Notes under the pieces: model-generated | What the model was told of the DNA's origin: nothing | Database searches by the model: none | Seen by the model: the letters and a program-made list of their open reading frames with translations, nothing else | Part shown: positions 49,045 to 58,716 of the stretch, one piece after another | How the letters are laid out: the number at the start of each line of letters is the position of its first letter | Numbering within the stretch: position 1 is the stretch's first letter | Made by a program: the position numbers and the translations under genes | Origin: Candidatus Cloacimonadota bacterium | GTDB lineage: Bacteria; Cloacimonadota; Cloacimonadia; JGIOTU-2 | DNA length: 64,000 bases | Assembly: GCA_049903315.1 (NCBI GenBank) | Contig: JBNGBT010000004.1 | Coordinates: 32,001 to 96,000, forward strand | Reading direction: 5' to 3'

Positions 49045-51021
49045 ATGAAAAAAATTTTTGTTATAGTGATTGCAGCAACGATGCTGTTTTGGGCAGGTTG
49101 TGATTTAGCCACGAATAATAATACTAATAATGATCCTGTTAATATTAATGATATTGAAGTTCCTTATGACTTTGCATATAATACATCACAATCTATTGAT
49201 GTAAACCTCATTGTGAAAACGCCTTCAGATGATCCTGTACAGGGAATCGTCTTCAAAGTCTATCAGTGCCATCCGGATAATGGCGGACATTTGATAGCCA
49301 AAGGTATTACACAAGCAGACGGAGTGTATTCCACGTCTCTGATCGTTGCAGAAGGATGTGACTCCTTAACTGTGATTGGGTATATGAACACACTTACTTT
49401 ACCGATAGTAAATAGTGAAGTAACGTTTGAATATGGAAACTTTCCTTATGGAGAAAAGGGATCCGCAGATGACATAAAAGGTGACTCAAAAGCGTGGTCA
49501 TATCTTCCCGGAATCAGCTACAATGCGATGGGGACACCCTCTCCAATTCTTAACAGACCCGTTGATGCAGGACTTCTTTCCAGAATAAATGCAGCCCTAC
49601 CGGAATATACTAATGCCACAACAGCACACCCGGAATACTTTGCTTCAGATGTATCTCCACATATTTTACTTGAAGAAGATGCAGATGTTTTTATGACATT
49701 CGTTCATGAAGGTGCAGGATACAAGAATAGTCTAGGATTCTTTGATTTCCCCAGTCTGGCATCTCTTCCGGTTGATCCAACTTCATTAACTAGGACGATC
49801 GTTTTTCCCAATCTATCTTTCCCTTCTTCTGGCGAATTACAAACTGATGATGCCTTGCAATTAGGAAGTTATACAGCGGGAAGCTATATTGGTACTTTCC
49901 TTGTAAGTAATGGATGGATTTCTGGTAGCACTGTTAGTGAAACACAAACTGTATTATATTCTCCTAAAAAATATGAACGTGCTGCTGGCGCACAGGTAGT
50001 TGCTTTATATGACGGAATTTCCGGGAAAATTGTTGTGAGTTATGAAGATATTCCCAGACCAGGTGGAGATATGGATTTCAATGATGCCATCTTCCTACTA
50101 GAAACGAATCCACCGGACCTGTTCAATACAGATAGTCTTTATCATCTGAGTGAACCGATTGATGATGATGGAGATGGCGTACCAGATGATGAAGACGATT
50201 ATCCTGATGATGGAGATAGAGCTTTCAATAATTACTATCCTGCAGAAGACGTGTACGGAACCCTTGCATTTGAAGATAACTGGCCCAGCAAAGGAGATTA
50301 TGATTTCAATGATATCGTGATCGATTACAATTTTAATCAGGTGACAAATGCAAGCAATGAGCTGGTAGACATTCACGGTTCATTCAAACTTCGTGCAGTG
50401 GGTGCCGGATATCATAATGGATTTGCTGTACAGCTCCCAGTTGGTGCTCCAAACTACTATGCGTTTAATAATTACGGCAATACAACTGTTTATATCGATA
50501 ATGGTAATACAAATGCTGTTGTCGTTCTTTTCCAGGATGCTTTTGACCTTATGCAAGAACCACCTGGAACTCCATCTACATGGATAAATACTGTAGAAAC
50601 TGAGCCCTATGTGACTCCCGCTGAACTCGAATTTACTTATACTTTGGGTGCTCCTCTGGATGTTACAGCACTGACATATCTGCCACCCTATAATCCCTTC
50701 ATCTATGTCAATAATGACAGGCAAAAAGAGATACATCTTCCAGATTATGCGCCGACATCAAAGATGGCGGGTACTCCTTATTGGGGGACAGCGGATGATG
50801 ATTCTCATCCAGCCACAGACAGGTATTTTAAAACTTCCAATAATCTTCCTTGGGCAATTCATATCGCTGAATCATGGGATTATCCGATCGAGAAAATTCA
50901 GATAACCTGGGCTTATTTAAAGTTTGCTGCCTGGGCAGAAAGTGGTGGAACTCAGCATACTAACTGGTACGATATAGCTGTGCCCGGAAATGTGAGTACT
51001 GAAAATATTTATTCCCAATAA
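49045..51021 (+). CDS. LruC-domain lipoprotein with internal DUF4114-like domain
   Basis: Lipobox WAGC; FVHEGAGYKNSLG, YED...DMDFNDAIF, DDDGDGVPD and AFEDNWP...DYDFND motifs; ATG at 49045 after GGGGGA. Confidence 0.85.
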   Translation: MKKIFVIVIAATMLFWAGCDLATNNNTNNDPVNINDIEVPYDFAYNTSQSIDVNLIVKTPSDDPVQGIVFKVYQCHPDNGGHLIAKGITQADGVYSTSLIVAEGCDSLTVIGYMNTLTLPIVNSEVTFEYGNFPYGEKGSADDIKGDSKAWSYLPGISYNAMGTPSPILNRPVDAGLLSRINAALPEYTNATTAHPEYFASDVSPHILLEEDADVFMTFVHEGAGYKNSLGFFDFPSLASLPVDPTSLTRTIVFPNLSFPSSGELQTDDALQLGSYTAGSYIGTFLVSNGWISGSTVSETQTVLYSPKKYERAAGAQVVALYDGISGKIVVSYEDIPRPGGDMDFNDAIFLLETNPPDLFNTDSLYHLSEPIDDDGDGVPDDEDDYPDDGDRAFNNYYPAEDVYGTLAFEDNWPSKGDYDFNDIVIDYNFNQVTNASNELVDIHGSFKLRAVGAGYHNGFAVQLPVGAPNYYAFNNYGNTTVYIDNGNTNAVVVLFQDAFDLMQEPPGTPSTWINTVETEPYVTPAELEFTYTLGAPLDVTALTYLPPYNPFIYVNNDRQKEIHLPDYAPTSKMAGTPYWGTADDDSHPATDRYFKTSNNLPWAIHIAESWDYPIEKIQITWAYLKFAAWAESGGTQHTNWYDIAVPGNVSTENIYSQ

Positions 51022-51043
51022 ATCAACGTTCTATTAGATTTGA

Positions 51044-51070
51044 AAGCCAGGCACATTGTCTGGCTTTTTT
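51044..51070 (+). terminator. Rho-independent terminator, identical to the one at 48935
   Basis: AAGCCAGGCACATTGTCTGGCTTTTTT. Confidence 0.85.
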
Positions 51071-51118
51071 ATTATGAAATTAGTTTGACATTTTTTTTCA
51101 TAGGACTTTGAAATAATT

Positions 51119-52996
51119 ATGAAAGAGAAAAAGAAATTATTGCATAGGAAATTAAACCTGCTAGATGTGTTCAGCATTGCAAGCGGTGCAATGATAAGTT
51201 CCGGACTGTTCGTGCTGCCCGGGCTTGCATTTGCAAAAGCCGGTCCTGCAGTTGTGGTTGCATACATTTTGGCTGGGATTATTGTCATTCCAAGTATGCT
51301 CGCACAAATAGAACTCGGAACTGCCATGCCAAAAGCAGGAGGAAGTTATTTCTATATCGAGAGAAGCATGGGACCCGCTGCAGGAACTTTAGGTGGTTTT
51401 GCAAGCTGGTTCAGTCTAGCGTTGAAAAGTGCATTTGCGCTTATTGGTATTGGAGCATTTGCAAACTTAATGTTTCCTATGCTTTCGGAAGTCCATATAA
51501 AAGCGATAGCAATCCTCTTTTGTCTTCTCTTCACATTTGTAAATATCAAAAGCGTGAAACAGACGAGTAAATTCCAAGTCTTTCTTGTGCTGGGACTACT
51601 GGCAATGTTATTGCTTTACTGCACAGTTGGTATCACAAAGATCAATCTGCATAATTTTATTCCGTTTTCACCAAAAGGATTTGGAGCAGTAATTCCAGTT
51701 GTTGGGCTTGTATTTGTGTCTTTTGGAGGTTTAACGAAAATAGCAAGTATTGCTGAAGAAATCAAAAAACCGAAACAAAACCTGCGCTTGGGTATGCTGT
51801 TGGCTTTTCTCGTTGTGATGTCCTTTTACATTGCAGTAGTATTTGTGACAGTGGGTGTTGTCGATGGAAGTAAACTTACTCATTCTCTTACGCCGATTTC
51901 TCTGGGCGGTGAGGTGGTGCTTGGAAAAGCGGGAATGATCGTTTTATCAATAGCAGCGCTTTTTGCATTTTTTTCGACTGCAAATGCCGGCATTCTCTCA
52001 GCTTCTAGATTTCCACTTGCAATGAGCAGGGACAGGTTGGTTCCGAAAATTTTCGGGAAGATGAGCAGAAAGAACCAGACACCTTTTATCTCGATCATAT
52101 TTACTTCCGCTTTTATGATCTTGATGATCACTTTTCTCAATTTCGAAAACCTCGTGAAAGCAGCATCCACAATGATGATCATCCTGTTCTTGTACACAAA
52201 TGTAGCGCTGATAGTAATGAGGGAAAGCAGGATCGACACCTACCAACCATCATTTAGAGTCCCTCTCTACCCCTGGCTTCAAATAGCTGCGATCATAATT
52301 TATGCCTTTCTTATTTTTGAAATGGGAACCCTGCCCCTTCTTATCACAGGATTTTTCATCATACTTTGTCTCGCATGGTATATCTTTTATGTACGTAGGA
52401 GAGTAGTGCGAAAATCTGCACTCATACATATTGTTGAACGGGTAATGAATAAAAAGATCACGAGCAGTACACTTACAGAGGAACTGAAAGAAATACTCAT
52501 CAGGCGCGATAACATAATTGAAGACAGGTTTGATAAACTGGTAAAATCTGCAATTGTGCTTGATCTTGAGCACTCTATTGAAGCAGAAGAGTTTTTTAAG
52601 ATTGTATCGGAACAACTTTCTTCACGGTTGAATATTCCCTCACAAGAGCTCCATAATCTGTTTGTCGAAAGGGAAGAGCAGTCTTCCACAATGCTCGAGC
52701 CCGGACTCGCGATCCCTCATATTATAGTAAAAGGTGAGAAAAAGTTTGATATACTTATCGTGCGCTGCAAGGATGGTATAAATTTTGAAAAGGATGAACC
52801 TCCTGTTCATACAGTGTTTGTTCTGATCGGTACGATGGATGAGCGTAATTTCCACTTAAGGGCACTCATGTCGATAGCCCAGATAGTAAAAGAACAGAAC
52901 TTCAATAAGAGATGGTTCGTCGCGAAAAATATCGAAGAATTAAGAAATATAATATATCTTTCAACAAGAAAGCGAGAAACTAATGAGAGCAAATAA
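51119..52996 (+). CDS. APC-family amino acid permease fused to a PTS EIIA-type domain
   Basis: GAMISSGLFVLPG, ELGTAMPKAGGSY and AEEIK motifs, about 12 TM segments; C-terminal REEQSST...GLAIPH. Confidence 0.88.
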   Translation: MKEKKKLLHRKLNLLDVFSIASGAMISSGLFVLPGLAFAKAGPAVVVAYILAGIIVIPSMLAQIELGTAMPKAGGSYFYIERSMGPAAGTLGGFASWFSLALKSAFALIGIGAFANLMFPMLSEVHIKAIAILFCLLFTFVNIKSVKQTSKFQVFLVLGLLAMLLLYCTVGITKINLHNFIPFSPKGFGAVIPVVGLVFVSFGGLTKIASIAEEIKKPKQNLRLGMLLAFLVVMSFYIAVVFVTVGVVDGSKLTHSLTPISLGGEVVLGKAGMIVLSIAALFAFFSTANAGILSASRFPLAMSRDRLVPKIFGKMSRKNQTPFISIIFTSAFMILMITFLNFENLVKAASTMMIILFLYTNVALIVMRESRIDTYQPSFRVPLYPWLQIAAIIIYAFLIFEMGTLPLLITGFFIILCLAWYIFYVRRRVVRKSALIHIVERVMNKKITSSTLTEELKEILIRRDNIIEDRFDKLVKSAIVLDLEHSIEAEEFFKIVSEQLSSRLNIPSQELHNLFVEREEQSSTMLEPGLAIPHIIVKGEKKFDILIVRCKDGINFEKDEPPVHTVFVLIGTMDERNFHLRALMSIAQIVKEQNFNKRWFVAKNIEELRNIIYLSTRKRETNESK

Positions 52997-53387
52997 AGTA
53001 TTATATCGAAACACAAAGAACGGTAAGATCGCAGGTGTGTGCAGCGGATTAGCGGAATATTTGGATGTTGATGTGTCACTTATCCGTATTGTGTGGCTCT
53101 TTTTTGTAATCTTTGGTGGAGCTGGATTGATGCTGTATCTTATTGCTGCACTCATCATACCTGCAAAATCCGGAGATGATGTTGAGATAATAGTCGAAGA
53201 TGAAGAACAAAAGCGTCTCACCCGAGATTCGGAAAATGCAGTGATTTTTGGCGTGTGTTCCGGTATTGCGAAACACTTTGGCATGGATGTGAGCGTCGTG
53301 AGGATCATCTTTTTACTGATGGGATTGTACTTTGCATCCGGTATATTTCTCTATATTGTCTTAGCACTCATTTTACCAAAAAACTAG
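52983..53387 (+). CDS. PspC-domain protein (two PspC domains)
   Basis: LYR...IAGVCSGLAEY and LTR...IFGVCSGIAKH repeats, each followed by a TM segment. Confidence 0.88.
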   Translation: MRANKVLYRNTKNGKIAGVCSGLAEYLDVDVSLIRIVWLFFVIFGGAGLMLYLIAALIIPAKSGDDVEIIVEDEEQKRLTRDSENAVIFGVCSGIAKHFGMDVSVVRIIFLLMGLYFASGIFLYIVLALILPKN

Positions 53388-53392
53388 AGGGA

Positions 53393-56300
53393 ATGCACTT
53401 TTTCCGATTACTTCTTTTCGTGTTGTTAATTTTCTGCGTAAGCAGTGAACTTTCAGCAGAGGATTACTCAATACTGGATAAGACAAGTATTATTACAATT
53501 GAACTCGAAAAGGCACAATATGAACTCGGATACGATCATATAATAAATAACTCTGAAGAAGTGGTTCTTGAAGATTCAGTTTTGATTAAGGGAAAAGATT
53601 ATTTGCTTGATCATATGCATGGTATCATTTCATTCGTGAGGGAGTTTGAGTCCGGTTCAAGAGTGAAGATTTCTTTCAAAGTCTTTCCCAAAAGTCTGCT
53701 CTACTCTTTCCAGCAATTTACACAACAGGATAATGTTTTAGAGTCTGGATCAAAGAAAAACCAAACCTCAATACCTACACAAAAATATGATACTTCGACA
53801 AATCTGAATATTTCCGGAAGTAAAAGCTTTGCACTTTCTCTGGGTAATCAGCAGGATATGGATCTCGATCAATCTCTCTATCTGCAGGTAGATGGCGAAC
53901 TCTCAAGAAATGTCTTCATTAAAGCTCAATTGTCTGATAATACCACACCGATTTCTACAGAAGGAACAACAAAGAAACTCAGTGAGTTCGATAAAATGTT
54001 CATCAAAGTATATTCCGGTAACTACAGCTTACAATTTGGTGATTTTTTTGCAAGGTTCGATGACACATACTATGCAAATTATGATTATAAGCTTGAGGGG
54101 GTGACATTTCAGTGGAACGGACATCAAAAAGTAAACGGTTCCGCAGCAGTCTCAAATGGAGATTTCAAAAGCTACTCTTTTTATGGCACAGAAGGTATTC
54201 AGGGACCTTACTTCCTGCCGGGTAAGAACAGCTCCAGTGTGCGCGTGTTATCAGGTACTGAGAAGGTATATCTGAACGGAACCTTTCTTACTCGCGGTGA
54301 AGATTATTTCATCGATTATAATGAGGGCTCGATCACGTTCCAGAATAACAATATCATTACCGAAGACTCATATGTTATTGCAGATTATGAATACACTGCA
54401 GAGGAATATCGAAGTAACTTTTATCTCGGTTCAGGTTCGGTTGCTCTTTTTAATAAGGCCGTGGATATCTCTCTAAAAATCCTCAGCAATAATGACGACA
54501 AAGAAAATCCGCTCAATTTCACACTTACACAAGAAGAAAAGGAGATATTGAAAAATGCTGGCAACGATCCTGATAAAGCACGCATCAGCGGTGTGGATTC
54601 TGTTGCGGTCGGGCAGGGGAACTATATTCTTGAAGATTCACATTACGTGTATGTGGGTTTCGATTCAACAGGTAATTATCTGGTGAGTTTTTCCTATGTG
54701 GGTGCAGGAGAGGGCTCGTATAATAAATCAGGATACATTCAATATGAATGGGTTGGAGAAGGGAATGGCGAATATATTCCGGAAATACAACTTCCTTTCC
54801 CAGAGAAACGCACCAATGTTGATCTAAGAGCAATGGTTGCTCTTGGCAAATTTAAACTTGTTTCAGAAGGGATGTTCACCAATTTTGACCAAAACAGCTT
54901 CTCCACGATCGATGATGAACACGATAACGGTTTTGCGCATTATCACTCCCTGGATTACAATTTGCCGATATTTTCCATCGGTAAGATACAGACTTCTGCC
55001 TATTATAAGGCTCATGATAAATATTTCCATTCTCTGGCAAGGGTAGAATCTGCACAGACACAATATCATACATCAGATTTTACTGAGGTAGATACTGTAG
55101 ATGTATCGGAATATGGCGGTTCTTTTGAGCTTTTATTCCCGAAATGGATGGCGAATAAACTGCGGTTTTACGATAAAACCATGCATGATATTGCGCACCA
55201 GCAGACGTTTTCAAACACTTTTTCCTATATGCAGAATTCTTCTCTCTTTTTTATGCCCTCGGTCAATTACACTTTTTCAAGAATTCGAGAAGAAAACGAC
55301 TCTCCTTATAGTTCGGAACAGGATAAACTCATTCAAAGAATGCATTCACTGGACGGGAGTTACGCATTTAGCTTTTTGGAGATCAATGCTGGATTCTCGG
55401 ACAGGAAGTTTACGAATGAAGGAGCAGTGGATTTCGGTTTCAGTAATGTAAAATATTTTTATGGGCTCTCAACAGCACTCTGGAATACGGAGGTCAATCT
55501 TCAGTATGAGCAGGAGTTTGTGGACAGTCTGAAGATAGATTGGTTTGATTTTAAGAAAGCTCATCTATATAAAATAGGAGTGAATTATAATGAAGGCACG
55601 ACAAATTTCAAGGCAGAGTTTTCTCATCGATCAAATCACTATCTCACTGGCGAGAGCAACAGTAATTTCGATCTCCTGAACTCCCAGCTTTCTTTCAATC
55701 TCATGAACAACAGCATTTCAAATCGTGTAAATTACAAGATAGGGAATCTCGAACTGTATCCAAAAGTGAAGGAGCTTATCTATGTAGGAGATGGGCAAGG
55801 TTTGTATGATAGTCTTGGTTTTTATCAAGAGGACGGAGATTACGATTATGAGATCACCATCGTTGGGACTCCCCAGCCGATCACAGAGCTTCAAATGAAC
55901 TGGAATCTGCAGATCAATCCGGCACGGGCTATTACTCAGAAAGATAAGGGATTAAATGAAATTTTAGATAAAATTATTTTTACTTCAGATATTGCGATAC
56001 AGGAAAAATCAAAAACCCCACACAAACTCGATCTCTACCTCCTCAAGCCAAGTGCTCTGATGAATAAACAGTACACGGACTACGGATACCAGCGATATAA
56101 AGAGCAGCTCTGGTATAATATTGTGAAAAACCGGATCGTAACCCGGCTGCTCTATGAAAAGGTAAAAAAGATAGATTACCAATACGAGAATGAGTTTGAT
56201 GAGCTTGATCAGGATGCCTATACTGCTGCAATGAATTTTTATAATGTCAAGCAATGGAATTTTGAGAATGAAATCAATTATACAGATATCGTCTCAAATT

Positions 56301-56725
56301 ATCAGACAAAGGATTTTCTACACTCCGAAGTATGGGGATTTTCCACTGATATTGCCTATAAATTCAGCTATAATATGATCGTTTCGTCATTGCTTGGATT
56401 AGATATTGAAAATGGCGCAAAGACCGATGGTACAGACGATTATAAGATAACCTCCTATACAATCGAACCGGAATTCACGTATAATGCAGGTTCAAAATAT
56501 CACGTGACCGCACTCCTGCATTTACAGCAGAATAAACGGGAAGGATCAGATTATTTTGCGAACATTCTCTATAGTAAACGAGCAGGATTGAACACAAGAT
56601 TAACACTTCAGTTCGATTATAAATTCAGCAAATATGTGACAGGATTTCTCAAATATTATTTGGAAAAATATCCCCAGACCGATACCCGATACCAGCTTAA
56701 AATGGAAGTGAGGGCAGATTTCTAA
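53393..56725 (+). CDS. Large outer-membrane protein of unknown function
   Basis: Signal peptide from ATG 53393 (SD GAGG); SGSKSF, GIQGPY, SGTEKVYLNG and DY-x-IDY-x-x-G-x-ITF motifs; beta-strand-rich C-terminus ending VRADF. Confidence 0.7.
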   Translation: MHFFRLLLFVLLIFCVSSELSAEDYSILDKTSIITIELEKAQYELGYDHIINNSEEVVLEDSVLIKGKDYLLDHMHGIISFVREFESGSRVKISFKVFPKSLLYSFQQFTQQDNVLESGSKKNQTSIPTQKYDTSTNLNISGSKSFALSLGNQQDMDLDQSLYLQVDGELSRNVFIKAQLSDNTTPISTEGTTKKLSEFDKMFIKVYSGNYSLQFGDFFARFDDTYYANYDYKLEGVTFQWNGHQKVNGSAAVSNGDFKSYSFYGTEGIQGPYFLPGKNSSSVRVLSGTEKVYLNGTFLTRGEDYFIDYNEGSITFQNNNIITEDSYVIADYEYTAEEYRSNFYLGSGSVALFNKAVDISLKILSNNDDKENPLNFTLTQEEKEILKNAGNDPDKARISGVDSVAVGQGNYILEDSHYVYVGFDSTGNYLVSFSYVGAGEGSYNKSGYIQYEWVGEGNGEYIPEIQLPFPEKRTNVDLRAMVALGKFKLVSEGMFTNFDQNSFSTIDDEHDNGFAHYHSLDYNLPIFSIGKIQTSAYYKAHDKYFHSLARVESAQTQYHTSDFTEVDTVDVSEYGGSFELLFPKWMANKLRFYDKTMHDIAHQQTFSNTFSYMQNSSLFFMPSVNYTFSRIREENDSPYSSEQDKLIQRMHSLDGSYAFSFLEINAGFSDRKFTNEGAVDFGFSNVKYFYGLSTALWNTEVNLQYEQEFVDSLKIDWFDFKKAHLYKIGVNYNEGTTNFKAEFSHRSNHYLTGESNSNFDLLNSQLSFNLMNNSISNRVNYKIGNLELYPKVKELIYVGDGQGLYDSLGFYQEDGDYDYEITIVGTPQPITELQMNWNLQINPARAITQKDKGLNEILDKIIFTSDIAIQEKSKTPHKLDLYLLKPSALMNKQYTDYGYQRYKEQLWYNIVKNRIVTRLLYEKVKKIDYQYENEFDELDQDAYTAAMNFYNVKQWNFENEINYTDIVSNYQTKDFLHSEVWGFSTDIAYKFSYNMIVSSLLGLDIENGAKTDGTDDYKITSYTIEPEFTYNAGSKYHVTALLHLQQNKREGSDYFANILYSKRAGLNTRLTLQFDYKFSKYVTGFLKYYLEKYPQTDTRYQLKMEVRADF

Positions 56726-56753
56726 TGAAGATCACATGCGATAGGAGTACAGA

Positions 56754-57632
56754 TTGAGAAAAAAAGTTAGATTGTCGCTATTCTATATACTATATCTCAT
56801 TATTGGTTTTTTGATTTATAGCTTTCTTTTTGGAAAACTATTTCCCTATTCTCCGATCATTATCGGATTTGAAAAACATGAGCTCGCAAATGCGATTGTG
56901 TATGTTCAAAATGGAGCCGAATATACTTATTATGCAAGAATCGATTCGCTCATTCCAGGTGTGGAGCAGTTTCATGATCTGCAATTCAAGAGAAAACCAA
57001 AAATATTTCTCTTTGCTGATAAAAGTACCTATTTCAGCCATACCACAACGAAAGCAAGGTTTTGTGCTTTTTACAGTAGCGCTGTAGTTGTTTCTCCCTG
57101 GGCTCAAGAAGAAGCATTAAAGGGAATAATCTCCATGAAAATATATCTTACGCACGAGTTATCCCATTCACTGCTTTATCAGAACATGGGAATTATCAAT
57201 GCCTTTACCTATCCGAAATGGCTTATGGAAGGTATTGCAGTTTATAGTGCGTGCCAAATGGGCACTTCCTGGTATCCTAGCAAGGAAGAAACCTATGATT
57301 ATATACGGCATGGTAATTTCATGCCGCCGGATTATTTCAAGACAAAAAAAGAGGACAAAATTGAACTTGATGTGGAAAATAGAATTGCATTTATGTATTC
57401 CGAATTTGCCTGTGTTGTGGATTATCTGATTGCACAGTATGGGAAGGAAAAGTTTCTCGTTTACATGAAACGGCTTCTGAAGGGGCATAATGATGCAAAG
57501 GTTTTTAAAGAAGTATTCGGCATCGATTTGGATGCATTTTTAAAGGAATTTCAGGAAATGATAAAAAATAGTGGAAATTTGCAGGTTCTTCAGTCATTTG
57601 CCACAAAATATAAGGATGAGTATTACGTATGA
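56754..57632 (+). CDS. Gluzincin-type (peptidase MA-like) metallopeptidase domain protein
   Basis: N-terminal TM segment; THELSH...PKWLMEGIAVY. Confidence 0.7.
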   Translation: MRKKVRLSLFYILYLIIGFLIYSFLFGKLFPYSPIIIGFEKHELANAIVYVQNGAEYTYYARIDSLIPGVEQFHDLQFKRKPKIFLFADKSTYFSHTTTKARFCAFYSSAVVVSPWAQEEALKGIISMKIYLTHELSHSLLYQNMGIINAFTYPKWLMEGIAVYSACQMGTSWYPSKEETYDYIRHGNFMPPDYFKTKKEDKIELDVENRIAFMYSEFACVVDYLIAQYGKEKFLVYMKRLLKGHNDAKVFKEVFGIDLDAFLKEFQEMIKNSGNLQVLQSFATKYKDEYYV

Positions 57633-58702
57633 AGATCACAAAACCAACCTTACTCTTGGATGAAGAAAAGTGCAGAAGAAACATGCATGATATGTTTTTA
57701 AAAGCACAGAAAAATGAAGTGCAATTCCGACCGCATTTTAAAACACATCAATCACTCGAAATAGGAAGGTGGTTTAAAGCACTCGTCACGGACAAAATAA
57801 CTGCCTCATCCCTTGAAATGGCTGAAAAATTTTCCGTGCAATGGGATGACATTACTGTTGCATTTCCGGTAAACATTTTAGAAATTGATACCATTAACAA
57901 GCTGGCGGAAAAAATACATCTCAATATATTAATAGAGTCACCAGAGACTACAGAATTTTTGAAGAATAACCTCAAACATGAAGTCGGTTATTTTATTAAG
58001 ATAGATGTCGGGTATCACAGGGCTGGAATACTTCCAACAGATAGTGATGTAATAGAAAGAATATTAAGAATTTCTGATTTGAGTAGTCTGATGAATTTTA
58101 AGGGATTTCTTACACATGCAGGGCAAACCTACACCTGCAGATCAAAGGAAGAAATTCGAAAAACACATCAGAAAAGTATTGCGCAGCTCATCGCGCTGAA
58201 AGAGGAATACCCGGATGCAATTCTCTCGATCGGTGATACACCAAGTTGCAGTGTAGTTGAAGATTTTTCCAGCATTGATGAGATACGACCCGGCAATTTC
58301 GTTTTCTATGATCTCATGCAATACTATATCGGTTCATGTGAGATCAGCCAGATCGCAGTTGCGATGGCATGCCCGATCGTTGCGATACATGAAGCGAGGA
58401 GCGAAATAGTGATATATGGCGGAGGAGTTCACTTTTCCAAAGAAAGATTAGAAGATGAAGAATTCGGAACAATGTACGGAAAAGTTGTTGAGAAAAAAGG
58501 AAATGCTTGGGGAAATGTAATTCCTGATATGTATGTAAAAAATCTCTCTCAGGAACACGGGATTGTTGCAGTACCGAATTCGAGGATTATCGATTATGCA
58601 ATTGGAGATTTGCTGTTCATTCTACCAGTGCATTCCTGCATGGTTGCCAACCTGATGAAAGAATATGTGACGATTGAGGGAAGAGTGATTGAGAGAGTTT
58701 AG
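57629..58702 (+). CDS. Alanine-racemase-fold PLP enzyme (D-threonine aldolase / DSD1 family)
   Basis: RPHFKTHQS, KIDVGYHRAG, THAG, IGDTP, EIRPGNFVFYD, LSQEHG and HSC motifs. Confidence 0.87.
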   Translation: MKITKPTLLLDEEKCRRNMHDMFLKAQKNEVQFRPHFKTHQSLEIGRWFKALVTDKITASSLEMAEKFSVQWDDITVAFPVNILEIDTINKLAEKIHLNILIESPETTEFLKNNLKHEVGYFIKIDVGYHRAGILPTDSDVIERILRISDLSSLMNFKGFLTHAGQTYTCRSKEEIRKTHQKSIAQLIALKEEYPDAILSIGDTPSCSVVEDFSSIDEIRPGNFVFYDLMQYYIGSCEISQIAVAMACPIVAIHEARSEIVIYGGGVHFSKERLEDEEFGTMYGKVVEKKGNAWGNVIPDMYVKNLSQEHGIVAVPNSRIIDYAIGDLLFILPVHSCMVANLMKEYVTIEGRVIERV

Positions 58703-58716
58703 ATAAAGTATTAGCT

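Noticed and set aside
53255..53392. ORF-track N-terminal extensions (also at 3313, 21286, 27726, 41615, 46912, 49003)
   Set aside because: Downstream starts give a proper signal peptide or family N-terminus and/or a better SD, and several avoid long overlaps.
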